From positions 259,610-323,609 of the forward strand of contig JBMOPW010000016.1 in the NCBI GenBank assembly GCA_049322915.1: a DNA stretch of 64,000 nucleotides, in the 5' to 3' direction. The notes under the pieces were generated by a model. That model saw nothing but the letters and a program-made list of their open reading frames with translations. It did not search any database and was not told the origin of the DNA. The translations under genes were made by a program, and so were the position numbers. How positions within the stretch are numbered: the first letter of the stretch is position 1; the number at the start of each line of letters is the position of its first letter. Source of the stretch: Candidatus Zhuqueibacterota bacterium (GTDB lineage: Bacteria > Zhuqueibacterota > Zhuqueibacteria > Thermofontimicrobiales > Thermofontimicrobiaceae). This document shows, in pieces, positions 9,454 through 19,430 of the stretch.

Positions 9454-10488
9454 ATGTTGATTCGAAAGAAAATCCAAAATATTCTCCATCCCATCGCCAT
9501 TTTCGTGGCCGTGCAATTGGTCTGGCTGACCCTGGTGGGACTGTGGGTTTATTTCTATATTTCCAATCATATTATCATGGCAAAGGTAGGCAATCAGCTC
9601 GCTCCGCAATTGAGACCGGGCAGCTACCATGTGCTCGTGCTCATCTTTGGAATCATTTTGCTGGTGCTGCTCCAGGGAGGCTTTTACTTCATCTTCATCT
9701 ATCTGAACCGCCAGATGAATTTGAACCGCATGCACGATCATTTTCTGGCCAATATCACCCACGAACTGAAGTCGCCGCTGGCATCCATTCAATTGTATCT
9801 GGAAACGCTGACTTCGCGTCAGGTACCCCGGGATAAACGGGAAGAATTCTATCGTCTCATGTTGAATGATACAAATCGATTGCGGGGGATGGTCGATAAG
9901 ATCGTCGGGACCATTTTCATTGATTCCAGGCGATTGTCCTTCAACTTCAGAGTCTACAATATGCGGACGGTTATCCCCAGGATTGTTGATGATGTGGTAG
10001 CCAAGTATTCTCCCGAGATCAAAGAGAACATCCATATCGAGAACTGCAAGGCCTGCCGCTGTGTGCTTGATAAAAACCTGTTCAAAATTGTTTTTAACAA
10101 TCTGATCGATAATTCCATGAAATACTCGAACAATGGCCTCGCGCTGACGATTCGCATGGTGTGCGGTGAAAAATATTTTATGCTTGAAGTGGCGGACAAC
10201 GGTATCGGCATTCCGTCCGGCGAACAAAAGCGGGTGTTTCGGAGATTTTATCGGGTGTATGGGCACGAAATTCCCAATGTCAAAGGCACCGGCCTCGGGC
10301 TGTACATCGTCAAGGAAATCGTCAAGTATCATGCCGGCAAAATCAGGGCAGAAAGCGCTGGCAGAAATACAGGGACCACCATTCGGATTGAATTGCCTAT
10401 TTACAAAAAAACAAAACGGCGCTTCACCAATCAGATGTTGAAAGATACTATAAAGAGGAAAAGACGAAGTGAGCCAGACAGAAAGTGA
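9454..10488 (+). CDS. Sensor histidine kinase (2 TM helices, short loop)
   Basis: H-box THELKSPL, N-box NLIDNSMKY, DNGIGI, GTGLGL. Confidence 0.92.
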   Translation: MLIRKKIQNILHPIAIFVAVQLVWLTLVGLWVYFYISNHIIMAKVGNQLAPQLRPGSYHVLVLIFGIILLVLLQGGFYFIFIYLNRQMNLNRMHDHFLANITHELKSPLASIQLYLETLTSRQVPRDKREEFYRLMLNDTNRLRGMVDKIVGTIFIDSRRLSFNFRVYNMRTVIPRIVDDVVAKYSPEIKENIHIENCKACRCVLDKNLFKIVFNNLIDNSMKYSNNGLALTIRMVCGEKYFMLEVADNGIGIPSGEQKRVFRRFYRVYGHEIPNVKGTGLGLYIVKEIVKYHAGKIRAESAGRNTGTTIRIELPIYKKTKRRFTNQMLKDTIKRKRRSEPDRK

Positions 10489-11206
10489 AATAAAGGATAA
10501 TTCTCTTCTGGGCAGCAAAATTCTTGTGGTGGAGGACGAAGAGTCGCTGGCGGTGGGACTGGAATTCAATTTAACTTCGGAAGGGTATCAGGTCCATGTG
10601 GCGCGCGACGGGAAACAAGCGCTCAAGCTGTTTTACGCCAACGAATACGACCTGATTATCCTGGACATCATGCTTCCATTTTTTGACGGATTCGAGGTCG
10701 CCAGAAAAATCCGTGAGAAGTCATTGCAGGCGCCAATACTCATTTTAACGGCCCGCACATCCGATGACGACAGAATTACCGGGTTGGAAATTGGCGTGGA
10801 CGATTATATGGTCAAACCGTTCCACCTGAGAGAGCTTCTGCTGCGAGTGAAGCGGATGCTCCGTCGCAAGAATTGGTATCGCACGGTGATATCCGAACAG
10901 CCGGTCTATCACTTCGGGGGCAACCAGATCAATTTTGAGGATCTGTCGTGCTCGGCGAATCATCAAACCTTTCATCTGACGCAGCGCGAAGCGATGGTGC
11001 TGAAGTATCTGATCAATCACAGGGGGAAAATTGTATCGCGCCAGGAATTGCTGGAAAACGTGTGGGGGATGAGCTCGGAAATCGAAACCAGGACAGTGGA
11101 TAACTTCATTGCCCGATTGCGAAAATATTTTGAGGAAGATCCCTCGAAGCCTGTATTCATCAAAAGCGTCCGCAGCGCCGGGTATATGTTTGTGGATGCT
11201 GATTGA
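10469..11206 (+). CDS. OmpR/PhoB-family response regulator
   Basis: VVEDE, LDIMLP, DDYMVKPF, RTVDNFIARLR, VRSAGY. Confidence 0.93.
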   Translation: MSQTESEIKDNSLLGSKILVVEDEESLAVGLEFNLTSEGYQVHVARDGKQALKLFYANEYDLIILDIMLPFFDGFEVARKIREKSLQAPILILTARTSDDDRITGLEIGVDDYMVKPFHLRELLLRVKRMLRRKNWYRTVISEQPVYHFGGNQINFEDLSCSANHQTFHLTQREAMVLKYLINHRGKIVSRQELLENVWGMSSEIETRTVDNFIARLRKYFEEDPSKPVFIKSVRSAGYMFVDAD

Positions 11207-11222
11207 AACGAATGGCATGCTG

Positions 11223-11768
11223 TTACTGCTTGTCGGAAATTTGGATATAAATGAATCGCTTCAAATAACTGAACCCGGAGAGGAAGACCATGAATACAGT
11301 GAGCGGCAGGAAAATTTTTTCCAGCATCAGCAGATCAAAAATGTAGGAGACGATCATAAAAGCGATGGAAGTGGCTGTCAGCTTCCCGATGAGGTTCGAC
11401 GTGGTGACGATCCTGTATTTTTTAACGAGGAAGACGCCGGCAATGCTGATAATGACGTCTCTCCCAATAATCAGAACGACCACCCAGAGCGGTACTTTGT
11501 CCTTGAGCAAGAGAACGATGAGCAGCGTGGCGCAGCTCAACTTATCGGCAATGGGGTCCAATATTTTGCCGAGATCGGAGGTCTGATGGAAGTGGCGGGC
11601 AATTTTTCCATCAAAAAAATCCGTTGCCATGGCAATGACAGTCAGGATGAGGGCGAGTTTTAAATCATCATACCACACTAGAATCGCTATGGGTGCGATG
11701 AGGAAAATGCGAATCAGTGAGAGCAGATTTGGAACTGTGAAAATCCGATGTTGGTTTTGATTGTCCAC
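11223..11768 (-). CDS. CDP-alcohol phosphatidyltransferase (PgsA-like)
   Basis: TVPNLLSLIR and D..DG.IAR......GK.LDP.ADK motif. Confidence 0.88.
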   Translation of the reverse strand: MDNQNQHRIFTVPNLLSLIRIFLIAPIAILVWYDDLKLALILTVIAMATDFFDGKIARHFHQTSDLGKILDPIADKLSCATLLIVLLLKDKVPLWVVVLIIGRDVIISIAGVFLVKKYRIVTTSNLIGKLTATSIAFMIVSYIFDLLMLEKIFLPLTVFMVFLSGFSYLKRFIYIQISDKQ

Positions 11769-11911
11769 ACCCAGTCCGAAGTTATGATGTCGTGATTTTA
11801 TTACACGATTATATTATTGAAGATTAAAGTAAAAAAAAACTTATGAAAAGTCAAGAAGAAAGTTCAGATGATTTTGTTTCGAAGAACCTATTCCGGCTGA
11901 GGAAAAAAGGC

Positions 11912-11952
11912 TTGACTTTTATTAATAATTATCTTAAAATAAAACGCGTTTT
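11912..11952 (+). promoter_or_regulatory. smc promoter with an adjacent 12-bp palindrome
   Basis: TTGACT-N17-TAAAAT immediately followed by AAAACGCGTTTT. Confidence 0.55.
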
Positions 11953-12101
11953 CAGAAATTAAATAACTTAAACATTATTAATAGGTATCCTGAGTTTTCC
12001 CTGAAGACGGGGACGCTATCGTCTCAGTATTTTTCAATGCGAAATCCGGTTGGATACGTCAGGGTAACTGAGAATACTCTTGAATGTAGAACGGTGGTCA
12101 T

Positions 12102-15100
12102 TTGTATTTAGAGAAATTGAAAATATTTGGATTTAAGTCGTTTGCGAACAAGACAGTCCTGGATCTCATGCCCGGCATCACCAGCGTGGTGGGTCCCAAT
12201 GGTTGTGGCAAGAGCAATATCGTGGATGCCATTCGCTGGGTTTTGGGCGAACAAAAAGCCGGAACGCTTCGCAGCGATCGCATGGAGAATGTGATTTTCA
12301 ACGGCTCGAAGAATTATAAACCGTTGGGTATGGCTGAGGTATCGCTTGTCATTCAAAATAATAACGGCGTGCTCCCGGTGGAATACACCGAAGTCGTCAT
12401 CACGCGCCGGCTGTTCCGATCCGGCGAAAGCCAATATCTGCTGAATAACGCGCCCTGCCGGTTGAAAGATATCAATGATCTGTTGATGGATACCGGTCTG
12501 ACGCCGGACGCCTACTCCGTCATCGAACTGAGTATGGTGGAGACCATTTTGAATGGCAAACCGGAAGATCGGCGCCGGATTTTCGAAGAAGCAGTCGGTA
12601 TCACCAAATACAAACAGCGCCGCAAGTTGACGCTGAAAAAACTGGACGCCACGGAGCAGGACCTGCTCCGGCTGGATGACATTATTGGCGAAGTCCGCAG
12701 CAAAGTGAATTCGCTGCATCGGCAGGTGCGACGCGCCCAGCGTTACCAGGAATTGGCCAGCGAGTTGAAGGAATCGGAAATACGCGTGGCGACATTTCAA
12801 TTCAGCAGCATCTACGAGGAGCTGGGGCCATTGAATGCCCGTTTCGAAGAACTGCGCCGCAACCGCGAGAGCTTCACATCTCAAATTTCATTCCGCGAGG
12901 CTGAAGTGGAAGCGCTTCAGGCGGATTTGATCAAGCTGGAAGGACAATTGCGTGAGCAGCAGCAGCGATTGAATGAATACAATGAGAAGATACACAAGCG
13001 CGAAGAAGAAGTGCTGCTCAGCCGCGAGCGGCTCAAATCCCTGGCTGAAAATAAAGTGCGGCTTCAGGTTGAAATTGAAAACCTGAAGCAGCGCATCCAG
13101 ACGCATAACGCCCAGGTCGCCACGCTCGATCAGAAGAAAACGGAGATCACGGCTGAAATTGAAAAAGTCAAATCTTCGTTTCAGGGGGAGAAACAGGAAC
13201 TGGATTCGCTCGAGCAGGTGATTGCAAAGAAAAAGTCGGACAGTCGTTCTGTGGAGCAGAAGGTGTATGACGAAATGCAATCGATCTCGGATAAGCGTCG
13301 GACACTGGAGCGATTCAATGCTCAATTGGATAATTTGAAGGAACGCACGATTCGCCTGGCGGACGAGAAGCGCGCAGCGACCGACAAAATTAAAACGGAC
13401 AGCACAGAAAAACAACGATTGCTCGAAGCCATGGAGCAACAGCAGGGCGACCTTGAAGGTCTGTTCGAGACACAATCGGCGCTGGAGCAGGAGTCGGAAG
13501 AACACAGCGCGCAGATAGAAAAACTGAAAAACGACATTCTTAAAAAAGTCAGCCAGATCGAATCGCTTCATCAGCGCGCTGCATTTTTGATAGAATTGAT
13601 GGAGAGCTACGCCGATTATCCCGAGGGCGTGAAATACCTCATGAAGAACTTCGGCGCCGAAAAGGGATTTCAGGGTACCATCGCCGATGTCATCAAAGTC
13701 GAAGATGCGCATCGGAAGGCGGTCGAGTCTGCTCTTGGCGAGATGGCGACCTTCCTGGTGGTGGCTGACCGCGACGCAGCGTATCTCGGCATTCAGAAGC
13801 TGAACGAGAACCGGCAGGGCATCGTGACGTTTTTGCCGGTGAAGAATCTGACCCAAAAGACGAGCCGGCCAAACGTTCCGAATCAATCCGGCGTGATTGG
13901 CTGGGCCGATGCATTGGTGACGGCGGATGCTCAATTTTTGCCGGCAATGAACATACTTTTGGGCTCGACCCTCATCGTTGATAATTGGGATGCGGCGCTC
14001 AGTCTGGCCGATCAATTCAGCGAAGAGAAAATTCAGATTGTCACACTGGCCGGTGAAACGGTGTTCAGTTGGGGCGGCGTTCGAAGCGGGAAAAAGCAGA
14101 CCGATACGGAAGGATTGATTGGTCGCCAGGATCAACTCCAGCAGCACAATCGCCAGATTGAATCGCTGCAAGATGAACTGAAGGTCGCGGAGAAAAAGCT
14201 GCGGGAGTTGGAGTCGGATCGCGCCGAAAATGTTCGGAAGCGAAATACGATTGTACAGACGATCAAAACGATGCAGGATCAAACAGCGAAATCGCAGATG
14301 GCGCTTTCGCAAATTGAATACCGCCTCGTCCAGGCTCAGGAGCGCAGCGCTAAAAATGAAGAAGAGCAGCAGCTCATCAAAGATCAGCAGCAGAAGCTGT
14401 TTTCGCAGTACGAAGCCCTGGACGCAGAACTGTCGGTTCATACCAAAATTCAGACAGAAAAGAGCGAGCAGATCAAGGCGCAACAGTTGGAAATTGATGA
14501 GTACGACCGGACGCGACGCGAATTGGCCGAGCGGGTGAACCAGCTCAATCTGCGGATTGTCGAATTGACGAGCATCGACAGGAACCTGGACCGCGAGCAG
14601 CAGCAGACTCATCATTTCATCAGGGAGGATGAATCTGCAATCAAAACGCGCGAGCAGACGCTGGTCAATAACGACGGCCAGCGCGAGGATTTGGAGTCGC
14701 GAATTGATGAATTGGGAGAACTGCTAGCCGGCGACTACACGGAAAAAGAACAGGTCGATAAAAAGGCAAACGAGTTGCGGGATCAGACGAAATCACTTCG
14801 GGAGACCATCGAAACAAAGAATAAAACCGTTCAGCAACTGCGAAGCGAACGGGAGAGCAATTCCGATGCCGTGCATCAGGTGGAATTGCGCATCTCCGAG
14901 CTGCGCATCAAGGCTGATAATCTGTATCGCCGCCTCATCGAGGAATACGATTGGGAATTAAAGCGCGGTGAAATTGATCCGGACTATTCAGTGCAGGTGG
15001 ATGAAACTCGAATCGAAGAAGTGCGTGAGAAAATCAAAACGTTGGGGCCGGTCAATCTGTTGGCGCTCAAAGAATATGAGCAGGAAAAAGAACGGCTCGA

Positions 15101-15635
15101 TTTTCTGGAGAAACAGCAGGAAGACCTGATCACGGCGGAACAGAATTTGAAAGAGACGATTCAGCAATTGAACGAGTCAGCCCAGGACAGGTTTGATTCG
15201 GTGTTCAACGACATCCGCCAGAATTTCATCAACGTGTTTAAAAATTTCTTCCCCAATGGCGAGGCCGATCTGATCATCGTCGAAGGGGACGATCCGCTGG
15301 AGGCAGCCATCGAAATTAAAGCCAATCCCAAAGGCAAGAAAATGGAATCATTGACATTGCTCTCGGGAGGCGAGAAAGCGTTGACCGCCATTTCGCTGCT
15401 CTTCGGCATCTACCTGGTGAAACCCAGCCCTGTGTGCATTCTGGATGAAGTGGACGCTCCGCTCGACGATACCAATATCAAGCGATTCATCCATGCGCTG
15501 AGAGATTTTTCAGGATCGACGCAATTCATCATCATCACCCACAACAAACTCACCATGAAATCATCGGACTGCCTTTATGGCGTGACCATGGAAGAAAGCG
15601 GGGTTTCGAAAACAGTATCGGTTAAATTAGAATGA
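12102..15635 (+). CDS. smc: Chromosome segregation protein SMC
   Basis: GFKSFA, Walker A GPNGCGKSN, coiled coils around a hinge, LSGGE, LDEVDAPLD; TTG start. Confidence 0.97.
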   Translation: MYLEKLKIFGFKSFANKTVLDLMPGITSVVGPNGCGKSNIVDAIRWVLGEQKAGTLRSDRMENVIFNGSKNYKPLGMAEVSLVIQNNNGVLPVEYTEVVITRRLFRSGESQYLLNNAPCRLKDINDLLMDTGLTPDAYSVIELSMVETILNGKPEDRRRIFEEAVGITKYKQRRKLTLKKLDATEQDLLRLDDIIGEVRSKVNSLHRQVRRAQRYQELASELKESEIRVATFQFSSIYEELGPLNARFEELRRNRESFTSQISFREAEVEALQADLIKLEGQLREQQQRLNEYNEKIHKREEEVLLSRERLKSLAENKVRLQVEIENLKQRIQTHNAQVATLDQKKTEITAEIEKVKSSFQGEKQELDSLEQVIAKKKSDSRSVEQKVYDEMQSISDKRRTLERFNAQLDNLKERTIRLADEKRAATDKIKTDSTEKQRLLEAMEQQQGDLEGLFETQSALEQESEEHSAQIEKLKNDILKKVSQIESLHQRAAFLIELMESYADYPEGVKYLMKNFGAEKGFQGTIADVIKVEDAHRKAVESALGEMATFLVVADRDAAYLGIQKLNENRQGIVTFLPVKNLTQKTSRPNVPNQSGVIGWADALVTADAQFLPAMNILLGSTLIVDNWDAALSLADQFSEEKIQIVTLAGETVFSWGGVRSGKKQTDTEGLIGRQDQLQQHNRQIESLQDELKVAEKKLRELESDRAENVRKRNTIVQTIKTMQDQTAKSQMALSQIEYRLVQAQERSAKNEEEQQLIKDQQQKLFSQYEALDAELSVHTKIQTEKSEQIKAQQLEIDEYDRTRRELAERVNQLNLRIVELTSIDRNLDREQQQTHHFIREDESAIKTREQTLVNNDGQREDLESRIDELGELLAGDYTEKEQVDKKANELRDQTKSLRETIETKNKTVQQLRSERESNSDAVHQVELRISELRIKADNLYRRLIEEYDWELKRGEIDPDYSVQVDETRIEEVREKIKTLGPVNLLALKEYEQEKERLDFLEKQQEDLITAEQNLKETIQQLNESAQDRFDSVFNDIRQNFINVFKNFFPNGEADLIIVEGDDPLEAAIEIKANPKGKKMESLTLLSGGEKALTAISLLFGIYLVKPSPVCILDEVDAPLDDTNIKRFIHALRDFSGSTQFIIITHNKLTMKSSDCLYGVTMEESGVSKTVSVKLE

Positions 15636-15662
15636 TGCATATTCATATTCGGAGAGAAGGAA

Positions 15663-17093
15663 ATGATGAAAAGAAAATTGTGTCTGTATGGAGCGCTGAT
15701 ACTCCTGACGGGCCTGTTTTTCCCTCTGACAGTTCATACTCAGGTCAATCAAGCGGAGAAGATCACCCAGGAGAGATTCGATTTCAGCTTTGACTGCGCT
15801 CGATTCAGAAGCCAGCAGGGATTTGTGCTGCTGGAACTTTATTACTCGGTTTTCAGAAATTATCTGCAATTTGAGCAGGTGGATAGCGTCTGGGAAGCAT
15901 CGTTCAATTTCAAAACAGAGGTGTGGCAAAATGATTCGTTGCTGGCTTCGGATTCCTGGCCGAATTTTCACGCGGTGGACAGTTTGCATCACATCCTGCC
16001 GGGACAAAAATTGTATGGCATTGGTTACTTTGGATTGCGCGCCGGCAGCTATACCCTCAAATTGAATCTCACGGATACGCGCTCAAATTTCGCGCGGGAA
16101 AAAATTCAGGAAGTGACCATCGAGCCGTTCTCCGAAGACGGGCTGGATTTGAGCGACATCGAATTAGCCAGCCGCATTGAGCCGGCCAAAGAGAAATCGC
16201 GTTTTTACAAAAATAGCTATCTCGTCATTCCCAATACCGACCAGTTCTATGGCACCGGTCTGCCCATGCTGATGTTCTATTGCGAAATATATAACCTGAA
16301 AAAGGCGGACGAACCGGATACCTCGAAGTACGCTGTCAGTTATAAAATTTTCGATGGCGATGGGCAATCCGTCCGGCAATTCCCGGCAAAAATCAGGACG
16401 AAACCGGGCGCATCCGCGGTGGAAGTCAGCGGCATGAATATCATCTCGTTTCGGTCAGGCACCTATTTCTTTGAATTGACCGTCAAAGACCTGTTCTCCG
16501 GAAATGAGGTATCCCGGCGGAAGAAGTTTTACATCTATCGTGAGGGCGATCTGGCCGTGCCGGACAGCGTGTCGCAAAAGCAGGTGGCAGATCGGCTGAA
16601 AGCATCCATGGATCGGGTCTATAGCACAATGAGCACCGATAACATGGATGAGGAATTTGATGCGGCCTCGTATCTTGCCACGGGCGATGAGAAGAAGATT
16701 TATAAAACGCTGGATGCAGTTGGCAAGCAGAAATTCCTGATGGAATTCTGGGCGTCGCGCGACCAGACTATTGGCACGCCTCAGAACGAATTCCGCGATA
16801 ATTACCTGGCGCTGATGCGCACTGCGAACGAGAATTTCACCGGCTTCAAAAAAGGGTATAAAACGGATCGCGGCCGGATATTGCTGGTCTATGGCGTACC
16901 GGACGAAATTGAAAGAGTCCCCTACAGCTCAGAGAATAAAGCCTATATGATCTGGAAATATTTCTCAATTCAGGGCGGCGTGGACTTTGTGTTCGTGGAC
17001 AAGCGCGGCATCGGCGATCTGGAATTGGTGAATTCAACGGCGCGGGGCGAACTGAATGACCCCAACTGGGAACGCTGGATCAATCCCAATTGA
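15663..17093 (+). CDS. GWxTD domain-containing secreted protein
   Basis: Signal peptide; C-terminal FW..RD....TPQNEFR..Y...AN..F....GYKTDRG.I...YG.PD pattern. Confidence 0.8.
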   Translation: MMKRKLCLYGALILLTGLFFPLTVHTQVNQAEKITQERFDFSFDCARFRSQQGFVLLELYYSVFRNYLQFEQVDSVWEASFNFKTEVWQNDSLLASDSWPNFHAVDSLHHILPGQKLYGIGYFGLRAGSYTLKLNLTDTRSNFAREKIQEVTIEPFSEDGLDLSDIELASRIEPAKEKSRFYKNSYLVIPNTDQFYGTGLPMLMFYCEIYNLKKADEPDTSKYAVSYKIFDGDGQSVRQFPAKIRTKPGASAVEVSGMNIISFRSGTYFFELTVKDLFSGNEVSRRKKFYIYREGDLAVPDSVSQKQVADRLKASMDRVYSTMSTDNMDEEFDAASYLATGDEKKIYKTLDAVGKQKFLMEFWASRDQTIGTPQNEFRDNYLALMRTANENFTGFKKGYKTDRGRILLVYGVPDEIERVPYSSENKAYMIWKYFSIQGGVDFVFVDKRGIGDLELVNSTARGELNDPNWERWINPN

Positions 17094-17208
17094 GGGGCGA
17101 ACGATCTGAACTGGCTGTCATCACCCGATGTGGAAGCTCCGGAAAGCAAAAAAAAATTACAAATAAAAACAGAGCACCAAAAAATTAATTTCCAATTGTC
17201 AGGGCTCG

Positions 17209-17239
17209 CCGCGCTGGATAAATATCCAGCGCGATCATG
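17209..17239. repeat. REP-like hairpin repeat, copy 1
   Basis: ccgcgctggataaatatccagcgcgatcatg; 29/31 identical to 26239-26269. Confidence 0.75.
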
Positions 17240-17301
17240 TGGTTGATCAGTTCCGCCGGGCTGCCGGGCGCAATCGGGCGGAAGCCAATCACGTGACTGG
17301 C

Positions 17302-19194
17302 TTATACCTGCGAGCGAATCCAGACCAACATTTCACCCGGCGTCCGATTGTCCCAGGCGAAATAGGGGATCGCTTTTATTTCAATGGGATTGTAGCGGCC
17401 CTGCATCGGACGGTAGAGATCGGTCGACCATTGCGGGCCCTGCCGGCGCAACGCTTTGCCGCGGATTGTGACTACACCGCCCAGCAGATCGGGATCAAAG
17501 GATGTTCGAAATCCGGGCTGCTCAGAAAGGACAATGTCGTTCAGCACAGGGCCGTTATCCGCTTGTTCGAGGCAGTAAATGACCGGCCCGCGCAGCAGCG
17601 CGACGCGTCCGCCATTCACTCCGACCTCCGGCCGCGCTTCGATCCTCTCCACCGGCATGGGCAGGCGCAGCGTTACCATGTCGCCGGCGCGCCAGGTCCG
17701 GTGAATGAAGGTGTAGCCTTTTTGAACATGATTGGCGTGGTCAAACGCAATTCCATTGACGGCAATGTGCGGATTGCGGCACCAGCCGGGCAGCCGAATC
17801 GCCAGTTGAAATTCTGCCCGTTTTTCTGGCTGAACCGAAATTTGCACTGTCTCCTCCCACGGATAGTACGTTGTCAGCGACAGCCGAATGGGATGAGAGC
17901 CTACCTCCATCGCTGCCGTGCTCTGAAAAAATTGATGGATGAACACAGTGTGCTCTGCTGTGGAAAAAGCATATCCCCCGACCGAAGCCAGTAGCCGCGC
18001 GATATTGGGCGGACAACAGGCGCAATCGAACCATACCTGCCGATGCCGGTTTCCCCGGCTTGCCAGCGGATTATCATAAAAAAATTTCCTGCCGTCCAGC
18101 GAAACACCAGCCATCACGTTGTTGTACAGGCATTTTTCGACGATGTCGGCATACTGGCGCTCTCCGTTCATTTGAAGCATTCGGGACGACCAGAACACAA
18201 GCCCGATGGCCGCGCAGGTCTCCGCGTACGCGGATTCATTGGGCAAATCATAATCCAGTGTAAATCCTTCATTGTGCCGGGACGAGCCGATGCCGCCGGT
18301 GATGTACATCCGCTTCTGAATCAGATTGTCCCAGAGCGCGCGACAGACCGAAACGAGTTCAGCGTCGTCGGTTTCGTGAGCGACATCGAGCGCGCCGCTG
18401 AACAGATACGTCGCGCGCACCGCATGGCCAACCACCTCCGTTTGCTGTCGCACCGGGACATGAGCTTGCAGCATTTGATAGGGTCCGTATTTCCATGCTT
18501 CCGGATCCTCGCCGCGCAGGCGCGCTTCTGAATCGTAATAATGGGGTTGCTGTCCCCGCTCGTCGATGAAAAACTTTGCCAGATTCAGATATTTCCTGTC
18601 GCCTGTGAGGCGATAAAGTTTCACGAGCGCTAACTCGATCTCCTCATGGCCGGGATAGCCGCGTTTTTTCCCGTCTTCCGGCCCGAAGACCGTGTCGATG
18701 TAATCGATGTAGCGGATCATCGTCTTCAGCAATCGGTCTTTCTTCGTCGCTTCGAAATAGGCGATGGCGGCTTCCAGCATGTGCCCGGCGCAGTACAGTT
18801 CGTGACAATCGCGAAGGTTGGTCCAGCGCTTGTCCGGCTCCACGCTCGTGAAATAGATGTTGAGATAGCCATCCGGCTGCTGGGCCTGCGCGATCCGTTC
18901 GATGACCGCATCGACCTTCCTTTCCAGGTTTTCATCCGAATGGGTGGCCAGCGAATAGGCCGACGCTTCGATCCACTTGGCCGCATCGGAATCCCAGAAA
19001 ATATGCGGCCGGGGTTTATCGCTCTCCTGCGTCCAGTCCAGTTTCCAGGCTTCGAATCGCCCGGTCTTCTCATTCATGGCATAGATGTGCGGGATCGTCT
19101 GAGCGGTGTTGATCGCCTGTTTCATCCCAAAAAATCCCTGGTTCAATTGAACCTGTCGAAAGGACACCGGTTGTAATTTGTACACATCGGGCAT
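17302..19194 (-). CDS. Glycoside hydrolase family 127 (beta-L-arabinofuranosidase HypBA1-like)
   Basis: FWDSDAAKWIE, HELYCAGH, GHAVRA, NEGF, YAETCAA, CACCPPN. Confidence 0.9.
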   Translation of the reverse strand: MPDVYKLQPVSFRQVQLNQGFFGMKQAINTAQTIPHIYAMNEKTGRFEAWKLDWTQESDKPRPHIFWDSDAAKWIEASAYSLATHSDENLERKVDAVIERIAQAQQPDGYLNIYFTSVEPDKRWTNLRDCHELYCAGHMLEAAIAYFEATKKDRLLKTMIRYIDYIDTVFGPEDGKKRGYPGHEEIELALVKLYRLTGDRKYLNLAKFFIDERGQQPHYYDSEARLRGEDPEAWKYGPYQMLQAHVPVRQQTEVVGHAVRATYLFSGALDVAHETDDAELVSVCRALWDNLIQKRMYITGGIGSSRHNEGFTLDYDLPNESAYAETCAAIGLVFWSSRMLQMNGERQYADIVEKCLYNNVMAGVSLDGRKFFYDNPLASRGNRHRQVWFDCACCPPNIARLLASVGGYAFSTAEHTVFIHQFFQSTAAMEVGSHPIRLSLTTYYPWEETVQISVQPEKRAEFQLAIRLPGWCRNPHIAVNGIAFDHANHVQKGYTFIHRTWRAGDMVTLRLPMPVERIEARPEVGVNGGRVALLRGPVIYCLEQADNGPVLNDIVLSEQPGFRTSFDPDLLGGVVTIRGKALRRQGPQWSTDLYRPMQGRYNPIEIKAIPYFAWDNRTPGEMLVWIRSQV

Positions 19195-19430
19195 ACATTC
19201 TCCTCCAGCTTTCTGACTTAAATTTCATTGGTTGACGATTTCAGCGCAAAAACGGGCTGCTTTCTCAGCGGCAGCGTCAGTCCTCTGAGCTATAAAATCC
19301 GCAATACTCCGGGAAGGCATCGGCGGCAAAATTTTACCTCGCCGGGTTGACGCCTGCGGTTCGTTTCATGGATTGGAAAAACCAAATTCAGGCATCGTGA
19401 TTTCTCAAGGCAAGCAACCACCCGGTTGAC

